A stretch of DNA of 64,000 bases from a virus: IMG/VR virus record IMGVR_UViG_3300023112_001138, positions 1-64,000 of that record. The stretch is one strand, 5' to 3'. The notes under the pieces are model-generated. The model did not search any database and was not told the origin of the DNA. It saw only the letters and a program-made list of their open reading frames with translations. The translations under genes were made by a program, and so were the position numbers. Of the stretch, positions 1 through 9,212 are shown piece after piece (position 1 is the first letter of the stretch; each line of letters opens with the position of its first letter).

Positions 1-120
1 CATTGTAGAGATGTATATGGGTTAACAACTGATGAGATGAATTATGTGTGGGATCAATATGAATCCATGATTAAAAAATACCATAGAAGTAATAATTTCG
101 GTGGTAAACTTGATTTATAA
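1..120 (+). CDS. 3' end of a gene (partial) with a YGLxxxExxxVWxxY-type module
   Basis: Frame 1 reads HCRDVYGLTTDEMNYVWDQYESMIKKYHRSNNFGGKLDL*; the motif matches YGLTTDEIKGVWLKY in the 4890..9197 protein. Confidence 0.65.
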   Translation, partial: HCRDVYGLTTDEMNYVWDQYESMIKKYHRSNNFGGKLDL

Positions 121-212
121 GTATTTTAATTAATCTATTGATTAACTGAAGGACCCAAATCCACTTTAACTTTTTTACCATATCTTTATATTTATATAAT
201 AAATTATATATT

Positions 213-1022
213 ATGAGACCAAGAAATGTATTAACAGAAACAAACAATATGAGAAAGTTAATGGGATTACCATTGCTTAATGAGGACACAGGATCAACTG
301 CTGAGGACGTTAAAAAGAAAGTTTTAAATGAATCTACGATAGAATATGAAAATAACCAATGGTTGGTTATAGAAAAAGAAGATGAGGAACAAGAAGAAGA
401 TGAGGAACAAGAAGAAGATGAGGAACAAGAAGAAGATGAGGAACAAGAAGAAGAAGATGAGGATGTGGTTGAAGAACAAGAAGATTTAGGTGATGGTGAA
501 GATGGTATGGGAGAATCTCCATTGGATCAGGTTGTCGCAGAAGGTAGTTTCGCTAAATATAACATTTCTTTAGGGGATAAAGTTGGTTTACTGAGTGAAC
601 AAGAAACTGAAGTACAAACGTTGAATCGGCATGCAAGAGAATTAGATGATATACTGGACATAGAGGAAGAAAATAGAGAATTAGATGATATACTGGACAT
701 ATTGGAATATGAGGTGGAACAAGCAAAAAATAAAAAATCCGCTCGTAAATCAGAGATAAAAGGAATATTAAAAAAAATAAGAGGAAATAGAAAATTAAAA
801 AAAGTAATTAATAAGAAAGGTAAAAAATTAAATCAATTAGCAAACCAACTAGATGATTTAGAAGATACGGAGGCGTTTAAAGAAAAAAGAAAAAAAATTA
901 TTAGGGATATCTTCTTATCATTATATATGGGTATTGGTGCAATTGTGGTAGGATCTAGTGCTGAGGATATAAAAAATAAAATTAAATTTGGTAGGGAGAA
1001 GGTAAATAAACTTTTTAACTAG
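213..1022 (+). CDS. Acidic putative internal head protein with MRKLMG-type leader
   Basis: 269-aa ORF; leader MRPRNVLTETNNMRKLMGLPLLNE; E/D-rich tract; ATATTTATA at 188-196. Confidence 0.6.
   Translation: MRPRNVLTETNNMRKLMGLPLLNEDTGSTAEDVKKKVLNESTIEYENNQWLVIEKEDEEQEEDEEQEEDEEQEEDEEQEEEDEDVVEEQEDLGDGEDGMGESPLDQVVAEGSFAKYNISLGDKVGLLSEQETEVQTLNRHARELDDILDIEEENRELDDILDILEYEVEQAKNKKSARKSEIKGILKKIRGNRKLKKVINKKGKKLNQLANQLDDLEDTEAFKEKRKKIIRDIFLSLYMGIGAIVVGSSAEDIKNKIKFGREKVNKLFN
378..449 (+). repeat. 18-bp tandem repeat x4 (GAAGATGAGGAACAAGAA; EDEEQE)
   Basis: Four perfect in-frame copies; also a 27-bp duplication (RELDDILDI) at 636-662 and 675-701. Confidence 0.9.
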
Positions 1023-1035
1023 AAAAATAACCAAC

Positions 1036-1239
1036 ATGAAAATCAAAGAACATTTAAAGGAACATAACCTATCTTACTTTGGTCATATGAAAGTAGCCTT
1101 ATGGTTTGCGTGGACATTTACACAAGTTGTAATGGCGGCATTATGTCATGGGATAATCCCATCGACATATAAAACATATTGCAGTGACAAAGTTAAAGAA
1201 GTATATAAAAAAATAACCCAAGATAAAGAAAATGATTAA
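1036..1239 (+). CDS. Small protein, DUF6356-like
   Basis: EHLKEHNLSYFGHMKVA...HGIIP pattern recognised by eye. Confidence 0.55.
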   Translation: MKIKEHLKEHNLSYFGHMKVALWFAWTFTQVVMAALCHGIIPSTYKTYCSDKVKEVYKKITQDKEND

Positions 1240-1284
1240 AACTTTTAATCATTTTAATATATTTATATAATAAATTTACTATAC

Positions 1285-2157
1285 ATGAAAAAAATCATAA
1301 AATTAACCGAAAACCAGCTTAATAAAATTGTTAAGAGGGTATTATCCGAATCATATGAAGGTGGAGCAATACAACAACAAGATAAACCTTGTGATATATG
1401 GTGTAAAATAAAATTGGCAAAAACAGGATCAAATGGTGATGTTGTTAAAATGATACAACATTTATTATCACATGGTGGGTATAATAACAAGTACCTTGGT
1501 GGTGGTATGGAAGGTGGATGTGGAAAAGAATGGCAAAAATGTGATGGTAAATATAGAAAACACACCAAAGATGCGGTATTAGAATTTCAGAGAGATAATA
1601 ATTTAAAACCTGACGGTGTTGTTGGGTATGATACATTATCTAAAATATGTGAAGTATTAAAAGTAGCAAATAGTGCCGATAATAGTAAACAGATATTATG
1701 TACTAAACAGTGTAATTGTGATGATAAACAAAGTCAAAAAGATAATCCACCATTATCAGGTGACCCTGTTCGTAAGCGACCTAGAATTGGTGATGAGTTT
1801 CCACCAGAAAAATTCGTTGATGATGGTAACTGGTGGGATGTTATAACTGACCCTTTAGAAGATATATGGGATTGGATAATTACACCAGCTCCTGGTGATG
1901 GAAATAGTGAAGGGAAAAATTGTGATAAAGTGAATGATTGTGTAAAATACGCAATGGGTAAAGATATTAAAAATTGGGAATTCTTTCTTGCTTGTATAGG
2001 TAAAAAAATTAAAAACCCAATCACCGATCAACCATCCAAAGAAAATTGTAAAGGTTGCCCTTCATGGACTAATCGAATGCCTGGTCCGGGACAGAAACCA
2101 ATGACTCCATTCATTGAATCGTGTGTTAGGAGGGGTTGTACTAAAATGGCGTTTTAA
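1285..2157 (+). CDS. Peptidoglycan-binding (PG_binding_1-like) Cys-rich protein with LTE-type leader
   Basis: GSNGDVVKMIQHLL...DGKYRKHTKDAVLEFQRDNNLKPDGVVGYDT; leader MKKIIKLTENQLNKIVKRVLSE; ATATTTATA at 1259-1267. Confidence 0.75.
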   Translation: MKKIIKLTENQLNKIVKRVLSESYEGGAIQQQDKPCDIWCKIKLAKTGSNGDVVKMIQHLLSHGGYNNKYLGGGMEGGCGKEWQKCDGKYRKHTKDAVLEFQRDNNLKPDGVVGYDTLSKICEVLKVANSADNSKQILCTKQCNCDDKQSQKDNPPLSGDPVRKRPRIGDEFPPEKFVDDGNWWDVITDPLEDIWDWIITPAPGDGNSEGKNCDKVNDCVKYAMGKDIKNWEFFLACIGKKIKNPITDQPSKENCKGCPSWTNRMPGPGQKPMTPFIESCVRRGCTKMAF

Positions 2158-2241
2158 TAATAGTGGTAATCTGAGGGGTTGGCAACATAGAAATACGTTA
2201 TTTGTTTAGATATTACTCAGTTACCTTTTTACTACATAGTA

Positions 2242-2400
2242 ATGTTAAAATTTAAAGAAGGGAATTTAGTTAAGTGGTGCGATTCCACATATTTTATAGT
2301 TGAGGTAAGAAATGATAAAGCAATATTAAAACAAAATTTTAGTATCGGAACAACATTGATACACCCAATATCTTTAAAAGAACTTTCATTAATAAAATAA
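2242..2400 (+). CDS. Small hypothetical protein (52 aa, SH3/KOW-like pattern), not in ORF track
   Basis: MLKFKEGNLVKWCDSTYFIVEVRNDKAILKQNFSIGTTLIHPISLKELSLIK*; fills the intergenic gap. Confidence 0.45.
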   Translation: MLKFKEGNLVKWCDSTYFIVEVRNDKAILKQNFSIGTTLIHPISLKELSLIK

Positions 2401-2443
2401 TTTTTTAATAAATCGTTATATTTATATAAAAAACAATGTACTA

Positions 2444-2842
2444 ATGGGAAGATTAGATAAATTAAAACGACAAGCGATACAAGAGTCAAACAAAAGAAAT
2501 CTTGGTATTATTAATGAAGATCAAATGGGTGGTAATATAGATGATCTAGAGGATGATATAGTTTCTTTAGAGGATGATATGGATTCTATAGTTATACCTG
2601 TGGAAGATGAATTTGTGGGGTTAGAGGATACTGTGGAGGTTGAAGTGGATCCCTATGAAATACCTGTAGAGATGCTATTTAATGGTATTGATACTGGTGA
2701 TGTAAGTCAAGTAGAATCTGGAATATCTCAGATAGATATGCCATTAGAAAAAGAATCTGCGATATTAAGATTCGCTAAATTGATCGATGCGGATTCATAT
2801 GATTTACATAGGGTTGCAGATAAATTAGATTTAGAATTATAA
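2444..2842 (+). CDS. Acidic hypothetical protein with MGRLDKLKRQ leader
   Basis: 132-aa ORF; leader ends GIINE; ATATTTATA at 2418-2426. Confidence 0.65.
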   Translation: MGRLDKLKRQAIQESNKRNLGIINEDQMGGNIDDLEDDIVSLEDDMDSIVIPVEDEFVGLEDTVEVEVDPYEIPVEMLFNGIDTGDVSQVESGISQIDMPLEKESAILRFAKLIDADSYDLHRVADKLDLEL

Positions 2843-2846
2843 TATT

Positions 2847-3002
2847 ATGGGAAGATTAGATAAGTTAAAACGACAATCAATGAGAGAAGCCAATAAAAGG
2901 AATTTGGGTATCATCAAAGAAGAGGGTGATAAAGATATCACTGTTGGTAAAAGTGATATGGATAAACACCTAAGAAGTGATAAAGGAATAGGTGGACTAT
3001 AA
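2847..3002 (+). CDS. 51-aa paralog sharing only the leader of 2444..2842, not in ORF track
   Basis: MGRLDKLKRQSMREANKRNLGIIKEEGDKDITVGKSDMDKHLRSDKGIGGL*; first ~25 codons closely match the upstream gene. Confidence 0.7.
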   Translation: MGRLDKLKRQSMREANKRNLGIIKEEGDKDITVGKSDMDKHLRSDKGIGGL

Positions 3003-3079
3003 AAATTAAAAATATGCACGATAGATATTATGATCAAGATATTTATGATCAATATGACAAAGAAAGTAAATAAAAAATT

Positions 3080-3391
3080 ATGAAAATCAAGAAAAACGGT
3101 AAAACAGTTAACTTATCAGAAACAGAAGTTAAAAAAATTGTTACCAAACATAAGATAAATAAATTTCTTAACGAGCAATACAAAAAATCTATGAGGGATA
3201 AAGTTCATGATTTATGTCAGCAATATGAAAATTTTGTTAAACATAACGTTGGTGATATTAGTAAGATAAATGATTCTAAGTTAGAGAGTATTTTTAGTAA
3301 AGTTAAAACCGCAATGTTATCTAACGTTGAGGAGGTACAAAAAGAAATTGCAAGAGAAATAGATGAACCAAGAAATGAAAAAAGTAATTAA
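3080..3391 (+). CDS. Hypothetical protein with KKNGK..LSE leader
   Basis: MKIKKNGKTVNLSETEVKKIV...FLNE; ATATTTAT at 3039-3046. Confidence 0.65.
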   Translation: MKIKKNGKTVNLSETEVKKIVTKHKINKFLNEQYKKSMRDKVHDLCQQYENFVKHNVGDISKINDSKLESIFSKVKTAMLSNVEEVQKEIAREIDEPRNEKSN

Positions 3392-3516
3392 GTTAATAAG
3401 TTTACTTAATTTTAATATATTTATTAAATAAAAATAAATCGATAACAAAAAAATAGGTATCACACACAGTAATAAAATGTAAAAACAGCTGGTGGGGTAG
3501 ATTAAAATAAAATACT

Positions 3517-4755
3517 ATGGAACATAAAAAAAGAATAAACGAAACGAATTTTATGCGGAGAATGATGGGGTTACAACCTATCAACGAAGGAATTGGTGTA
3601 GATGCTGTTGATCAAGAGCAAATGCAACTAGTAAGTAATGTAATGACACCGGATGGGGCTACTGTTGCTGGTATTAGTACAGTAGCATTTAAAGATTCTG
3701 ATGAAGGTAGAGAATGGATGTCAGGAGACAAAAAAGAATTATCTGGAGAAAGATTAAAAAATGCTACTCAGCAAACTTTAGACACTGATAAAAAAATAGG
3801 TGGTTGGAAAATTAAAGATCAGGGTGATGCGATAACTATTGAAGATAAAAGGGGTGTATTTTTCAGGGTAGATACAGTTACGAAGGGGAACCCTAACTGG
3901 GCATATGTTGCCACACCTTCATCAAATTACGATGGATATGATAATAAGGACGAAGATTTCATTGATGGTATCGGTCAATCATTTCAAACATATGAGGAAT
4001 ATGCAACTTGGATAAGAGAAATATTATCTAAATATTCACCTAGTGTTGTGGGAACTACAAAACCTAAAATAGGTAAATTTGTGTGTAAAAGAGATTTAGA
4101 TTTCAATTGGTTTTTTGATGAGTTAAAAATTGGTGAAGATTATCTAAAAAAAGGTGATTGTGGTGTAGCAGTTGAGGTGGCTCAAGATCATATAAACGAG
4201 TATGAAGGTTCTGAAGTAATAAAAGTTGATGGTAAATATGGTACCGATACTATTAGTCAAGTTAAAGTGGTACAAGCTGAATTAGACGATGTTAAAGCTG
4301 ATGGTTATTACGGACAAAAAACATACGAAGCAATAGTTAAAGCACTTTGGGATGATATGGAAAGAATAACCCCAAAACCACCTAAAATGATTGACACTGA
4401 TATTGACACTGATATTGACACTGATATTGACACTGATATTGACACTGATATTGACACTGATATTGAATCAGATTTTGATTTTGATAGAGATGTTAAAGGA
4501 GGCGGTGCTATCCCCAATATAGATATAGAAGATTTTGAAGCGGTTGAAGATGAGTTTGAGAAAAAAGCTAAGGCTAAGGCAGAAAAACGAAGTAAAAAAG
4601 GTAAACGAAAACTTAATAGAATAAATAAAAGAAGTTCTAAACTTAAGAAAAGGTATAATTTTGAAGAACAAAAAACTTTTAAAGTTAAAAAGAATGGTAA
4701 AGTAATTACATTAACTGAAAGTGATGTTAAAAAAATTATTAACCTAAAAAAATAA
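3517..4755 (+). CDS. Peptidoglycan-binding domain protein with an N-terminal leader and a C-terminal LTES tag
   Basis: LKKGDCGVAVEVAQ...VDGKYGTDT...ADGYYGQKT; N-terminus MRRMMGLQPINE; C-terminus KVKKNGKVITLTESDVKKII. Confidence 0.7.
   Translation: MEHKKRINETNFMRRMMGLQPINEGIGVDAVDQEQMQLVSNVMTPDGATVAGISTVAFKDSDEGREWMSGDKKELSGERLKNATQQTLDTDKKIGGWKIKDQGDAITIEDKRGVFFRVDTVTKGNPNWAYVATPSSNYDGYDNKDEDFIDGIGQSFQTYEEYATWIREILSKYSPSVVGTTKPKIGKFVCKRDLDFNWFFDELKIGEDYLKKGDCGVAVEVAQDHINEYEGSEVIKVDGKYGTDTISQVKVVQAELDDVKADGYYGQKTYEAIVKALWDDMERITPKPPKMIDTDIDTDIDTDIDTDIDTDIDTDIESDFDFDRDVKGGGAIPNIDIEDFEAVEDEFEKKAKAKAEKRSKKGKRKLNRINKRSSKLKKRYNFEEQKTFKVKKNGKVITLTESDVKKIINLKK
4390..4466 (+). repeat. 12-bp tandem repeat x6 (ATTGACACTGAT; IDTD)
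   Basis: Six perfect in-frame copies plus a partial copy. Confidence 0.95.
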
Positions 4756-4767
4756 TTTCAATAAATT

Positions 4768-4792
4768 AACCCTTTTTAGTAAGGGTTTTTTT
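4768..4792 (+). terminator. Rho-independent terminator
   Basis: AACCCTT-tttagt-AAGGGTT followed by a T run, just after the 4755 stop. Confidence 0.75.
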
Positions 4793-4889
4793 ATGCCCTA
4801 ATATTTTAAAAGTGGTGCGATGTAAATACCCCTAAAAATTTATACCCGTAACTATTTTCTTTTTAGTATTTATGGATATTTATCATTAA

Positions 4890-7800
4890 ATGAGTAAATC
4901 CGAAACCGTTAAAAATAAATTTGTTGATTATGTCGTAAGGGATATGATGAATGATATTACAATAGAAGAAGAGTTTATTCGGTTTGGAATGTCCTACAAC
5001 GGAACCCCGGAAGGTATATTCTACGATTACGAAGAATGGTTTGATTCGGGTGATCGATTTGATTATATGAATTATGAGGAAAGTTTTATTTCTGATTTAT
5101 CAATATTAATCCGAATACACCTAGCCAATGCTTATGGAATACCTTGGGAAGATAGTAAAACTGATGTTAGTGTTTCACCTATATTATTAAAGTTATATAA
5201 TATAATATTAAAAAAAGTGCATCACCTTTGGGGTCGCAACAAACGGTTAAATGAATCCAAAAAACATGCGGCAGATTCTATATTTATGAAAATAGATAAC
5301 CCTAAACAACATAAATTCTTTAATAGAATAGCAGATAAGGTTGTTGAATTGGTGGAAGTAAGAGAAAAGGAAGGATGGGGAAAATCTATATTTTTAACTG
5401 ATTTACTGGATCCTAGGTTTCCTGGTCAAGGGACTAGTTTACCCCGACGGGAAGGGGGTTATTCTGACTATCAAACATTCGTCTCAGATATGACACCAAC
5501 GATGCCCGATTTTTTTCCTATGTTAGAAAATTATTGGTCCATAGATGATGTATCTGTAAATATTTTTATTATAGTTAAATTTATATACCCTAAGTTATGG
5601 AATAATTTTTACAAAGGTGAAGATCGCCCAGAAGAGTCCACTGATTATGGGGAAAGGGCATTAGATTATGGGGAAAATAAGGAAGAGGTAAATGAATCCA
5701 CAAGTAAAGAACAAAAATTAATCGATGTAGTAACTAAAGACTTATTGAAAAATACTAGACTGTCAAAAAGTTATTCGTTTAACATTTCCCACAACAAAGG
5801 GGTTAGGACAGTTAAGTTACCTAATGGACTTTCGGACTGGAATTCTTATGATCTACAAACAACAGATGATGCACCCTATACGATAGGTCAATATATGGTA
5901 GATACATATGGATTAACTACCGATGAAATTAAGGGGGTATGGTTAAAATATAGAAATAAATTAATAAATACGTTAGAAGATAATGACCCAAACCCATCTA
6001 TTGTTATGGGTGAATCTGAATCTAAAAATAATCTTGAAAAATTAATTAATAAACTCTATAAAGAAATATGGGGTTATCTTATTACCAATAAAAATGAGGT
6101 ACATTTAGACTTACCTTATTTTAAAGATTTAAAGTCTGATGCCCAAATCACTTATGACCCTTATCGTCAAGATATTGGAAATTTTAATAGTAATTTTATA
6201 CGTGGGGAGTTAGAAAGATTTGTCGCGTATCACCTCTATAAAACTATGGATATTGGGGAGAAGTTACAATTCCGAAATTATGACCCCATGGTTAAACCCA
6301 TTGCAGAAAAACTAATTAAAAGTTTATATAAAGAAGTGGTTGATAAAGGTTTTGTGAAATCTAATCAGGTGGAAGAAAAAAAATACAATTTAAGTGAAAC
6401 TATAATGGATGATATTCCTTTAGAACAATTTAAAAAAGATAATCCGGAAGTAGTAGAAATTTTAAATAGGTTTCCCGAACCACTCCAAAGAGAATTAGCG
6501 GTAGAAAGAAAAAACCCAAAAGAATTTGTGGAAGAACATGGTAATTGGTATGTTAGAGATAAAGACCAACCCCTTAAAACTATGGAAATAAAAAACATCT
6601 TAGATGATGAAGAAACCAAAGGTATTGTTAGTAGAACCCCACAAGAAGTTGTAGATGCCATTAATACCCAATGGGGAACTAATTTTGTTGGTGGTGAGGT
6701 TTATGATCCAAATCCTGATAGATATTTTAAGTATGCTGATTTACCTGCCGAAACTGCCGATCCCTCAGTAATGGTAAATTATGATATTATCTATGGTGTT
6801 GGTAGATTGGTGGCGGCATTAATACGAGGAGATAAAACTATTAAGGTATGGGATATTGTAGATAAGAAAGAAAATTTAAACGAATCAGTAGATTGGTCAG
6901 ATAAAAAAGGTAATAAATACCATAGAAATGGTATGGTTAATAGAATTGTCGATGATTTCCTAAAAATGACTGAGATAATGGATGAGTCTATTAAATTTCA
7001 TATGAAACAACACATTATTAATAACCTACGTAGACATAGGGACCCTTACCTTATCTATGTTTATGATGAAAATGGGTTAAGTAAAGAAAGTAAAGATTTA
7101 CTTTATGAGGGACTTACTAATGGTGTGCAGTGGTACATGGAGCAAACCGGGTTAATAAATTATCACAACACATATGATAATACTCGACCACCTGAAGATA
7201 TAGAATTACTTAAAATGGTTGTAGATACTTTATACCCTATTATAGTAAAAGGGATAGTGGACTATAATGAAGATGAGGAATGGACAATGGATACATTATA
7301 TGATAGTAAATTTTTGGGGGAATCTACTGATAAACAAGTGCAATATGTAAATTATATAATAAAACATTTAATGGACAATACTAAGTGGTGGGATGCTTCT
7401 TTTAGTGTGCTACTTTTAAATAATGACACACCTATTACCACCTATATAAATTATGGAGATTTTGTATTGGTTAAACCGACACAGGTGGTAGATATATTGA
7501 AAGGGTTCGGGGTGACCGAACAAGAAGAGAAGAGGATTTGGACCACTTATAGTCGGTGGGTATTAGAAAAAGTTATGAGAGAAGGTAATATAGATTGGCC
7601 CAATAAAGAAACACATAAAAAGAGATACCCGTTTTTAGTCGAATCCACAGATATTACTACTAAGTTTGTAGAAAAAATACCGGATATAATCAGGGAGTCA
7701 TCAGTACCTAAATACTTAGATAAAATATTCAATAGTGTTGTTAAAGAAATTAGATTTGATGTTGATAAGTATGGGGCAGTTGTTATCCCATTTATTAGTA

Positions 7801-9197
7801 AGGAAAGGTATAGTAGTTCTACCGGAGGATTAGAAACCCAAGAATATACATTATCCAGACATGATAGGAATACAGAATTACGAGATGGGGGGATATTACA
7901 TAGTGAATTTAAATCTTATTTTCATAAAATTTATGGGTTATCAGAAGACGAATCTAATGAGTTATTTAGGTTAGTTAAACAATATATTAAAGATGAATTA
8001 TATTATAAATCTGTTTTAGATCAAATTTTACAATCAGTGCAAGATGACTATATTCAAGGGTATGGAACCACTATAGAGGTTACCCCTGAAATATCATTCG
8101 ATTTAAAAAAATATAGTGACTTCAAAGAATACGTATATTGGTGGCATAGTATAGTTGACCCCGATGATTATGGAGATGGTTCTGCAGATATTACTGATAA
8201 CATGGTTAAAAAGTTATATGATGATGTATGGGATACATTAAAAAATACTATTACTTTAAATGAAGGGTGGCCAGCAGATCCCGAATTAGATGAAGAAGGA
8301 AACGAAAAATGGGGTAGAATGTTTCCCGATAAGTTTTATCTAAAAATATTTAAGATGATAGATAAAGATCCGGAATTTTTTATGTCGGATACATTACTAA
8401 ACTTAGGTTTCGAAGGAGAGGAAGAGTACGACATACTTTATAATTATTTTGTTAACTATTCTGATAGAAAAGATTATTACATAGATTTTACAATTGATCC
8501 AGACGATATCGCTTCGTTTTTTGATGATAGTGATTATGATTTGGAGAAAATGGTTAAGGGTTTATTAGAAGGTGACTGGGATTATCATGGGTGGTATAAT
8601 GAATCCTTTCCATTTGATGATTATATGTTGGATTATATAGATGATAGAAGTTGGGGAGAAATTGCAAAAATATTAGAGGTAGATAATATTACAGATGCAA
8701 AAGAATTGATGAGTGGGGATATTGGAAGTGAACATTTAGAATCCCATTATGAATTAATGGAAATGAGAATCGATGATGTTCAGAGTATAATCGCTCAGTC
8801 CACGACCGAAGCACAAGCAGATGCGGATATCTCTTATTTACATGACGATATAATGGATGAAGTAAATGACTGGTTTAAACATGGGGAATTTAATTTTGGT
8901 GAAGGGGAGTTTGTAGGTAGAATAGAAGTAGGTGATGTAATGAGTGGAGAAAAAGGCTTATCACAATTAGAAGCTGATTTAACACAGGGTTACCCCACTT
9001 TTACGGAGTTAGTTCATGATGTACTCTCTGAGGAATTAAATGACTGGGGTTATACTGACGATTATATATTTGTAGGAAGTGAAAAACCCTACATTAATAC
9101 TGACAAACATTTTAGATATGGTGGTGCGGGAACTATAAATAACCAACATTTTAATGATATGTTAGTGGAAAGATTAAGTTGGGAATACTCGGAATAG
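4890..9197 (+). CDS. 1435-aa modular protein (putative polyprotein) including a ParB/Srx-like module
   Basis: Modules separated by LNES, VNES, MGES, LSET, LNES, LGES, LVES, IRES and LNEG; repeated (Y/F)G(L/I/V)xxxE motifs; PSVMVNYDIIYGVGRLVAALIRGDKTIKV; two TATTTAT boxes at 4866-4883. Confidence 0.7.
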   Translation: MSKSETVKNKFVDYVVRDMMNDITIEEEFIRFGMSYNGTPEGIFYDYEEWFDSGDRFDYMNYEESFISDLSILIRIHLANAYGIPWEDSKTDVSVSPILLKLYNIILKKVHHLWGRNKRLNESKKHAADSIFMKIDNPKQHKFFNRIADKVVELVEVREKEGWGKSIFLTDLLDPRFPGQGTSLPRREGGYSDYQTFVSDMTPTMPDFFPMLENYWSIDDVSVNIFIIVKFIYPKLWNNFYKGEDRPEESTDYGERALDYGENKEEVNESTSKEQKLIDVVTKDLLKNTRLSKSYSFNISHNKGVRTVKLPNGLSDWNSYDLQTTDDAPYTIGQYMVDTYGLTTDEIKGVWLKYRNKLINTLEDNDPNPSIVMGESESKNNLEKLINKLYKEIWGYLITNKNEVHLDLPYFKDLKSDAQITYDPYRQDIGNFNSNFIRGELERFVAYHLYKTMDIGEKLQFRNYDPMVKPIAEKLIKSLYKEVVDKGFVKSNQVEEKKYNLSETIMDDIPLEQFKKDNPEVVEILNRFPEPLQRELAVERKNPKEFVEEHGNWYVRDKDQPLKTMEIKNILDDEETKGIVSRTPQEVVDAINTQWGTNFVGGEVYDPNPDRYFKYADLPAETADPSVMVNYDIIYGVGRLVAALIRGDKTIKVWDIVDKKENLNESVDWSDKKGNKYHRNGMVNRIVDDFLKMTEIMDESIKFHMKQHIINNLRRHRDPYLIYVYDENGLSKESKDLLYEGLTNGVQWYMEQTGLINYHNTYDNTRPPEDIELLKMVVDTLYPIIVKGIVDYNEDEEWTMDTLYDSKFLGESTDKQVQYVNYIIKHLMDNTKWWDASFSVLLLNNDTPITTYINYGDFVLVKPTQVVDILKGFGVTEQEEKRIWTTYSRWVLEKVMREGNIDWPNKETHKKRYPFLVESTDITTKFVEKIPDIIRESSVPKYLDKIFNSVVKEIRFDVDKYGAVVIPFISKERYSSSTGGLETQEYTLSRHDRNTELRDGGILHSEFKSYFHKIYGLSEDESNELFRLVKQYIKDELYYKSVLDQILQSVQDDYIQGYGTTIEVTPEISFDLKKYSDFKEYVYWWHSIVDPDDYGDGSADITDNMVKKLYDDVWDTLKNTITLNEGWPADPELDEEGNEKWGRMFPDKFYLKIFKMIDKDPEFFMSDTLLNLGFEGEEEYDILYNYFVNYSDRKDYYIDFTIDPDDIASFFDDSDYDLEKMVKGLLEGDWDYHGWYNESFPFDDYMLDYIDDRSWGEIAKILEVDNITDAKELMSGDIGSEHLESHYELMEMRIDDVQSIIAQSTTEAQADADISYLHDDIMDEVNDWFKHGEFNFGEGEFVGRIEVGDVMSGEKGLSQLEADLTQGYPTFTELVHDVLSEELNDWGYTDDYIFVGSEKPYINTDKHFRYGGAGTINNQHFNDMLVERLSWEYSE

Positions 9198-9212
9198 ATA
9201 TATTTATAAATA

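Noticed and set aside
4390-4466. Tandem repeats as a CRISPR array or iterons
   Set aside because: No spacers; the unit is a multiple of 3, in frame within a CDS. No repeat-spacer array was seen anywhere in the window.
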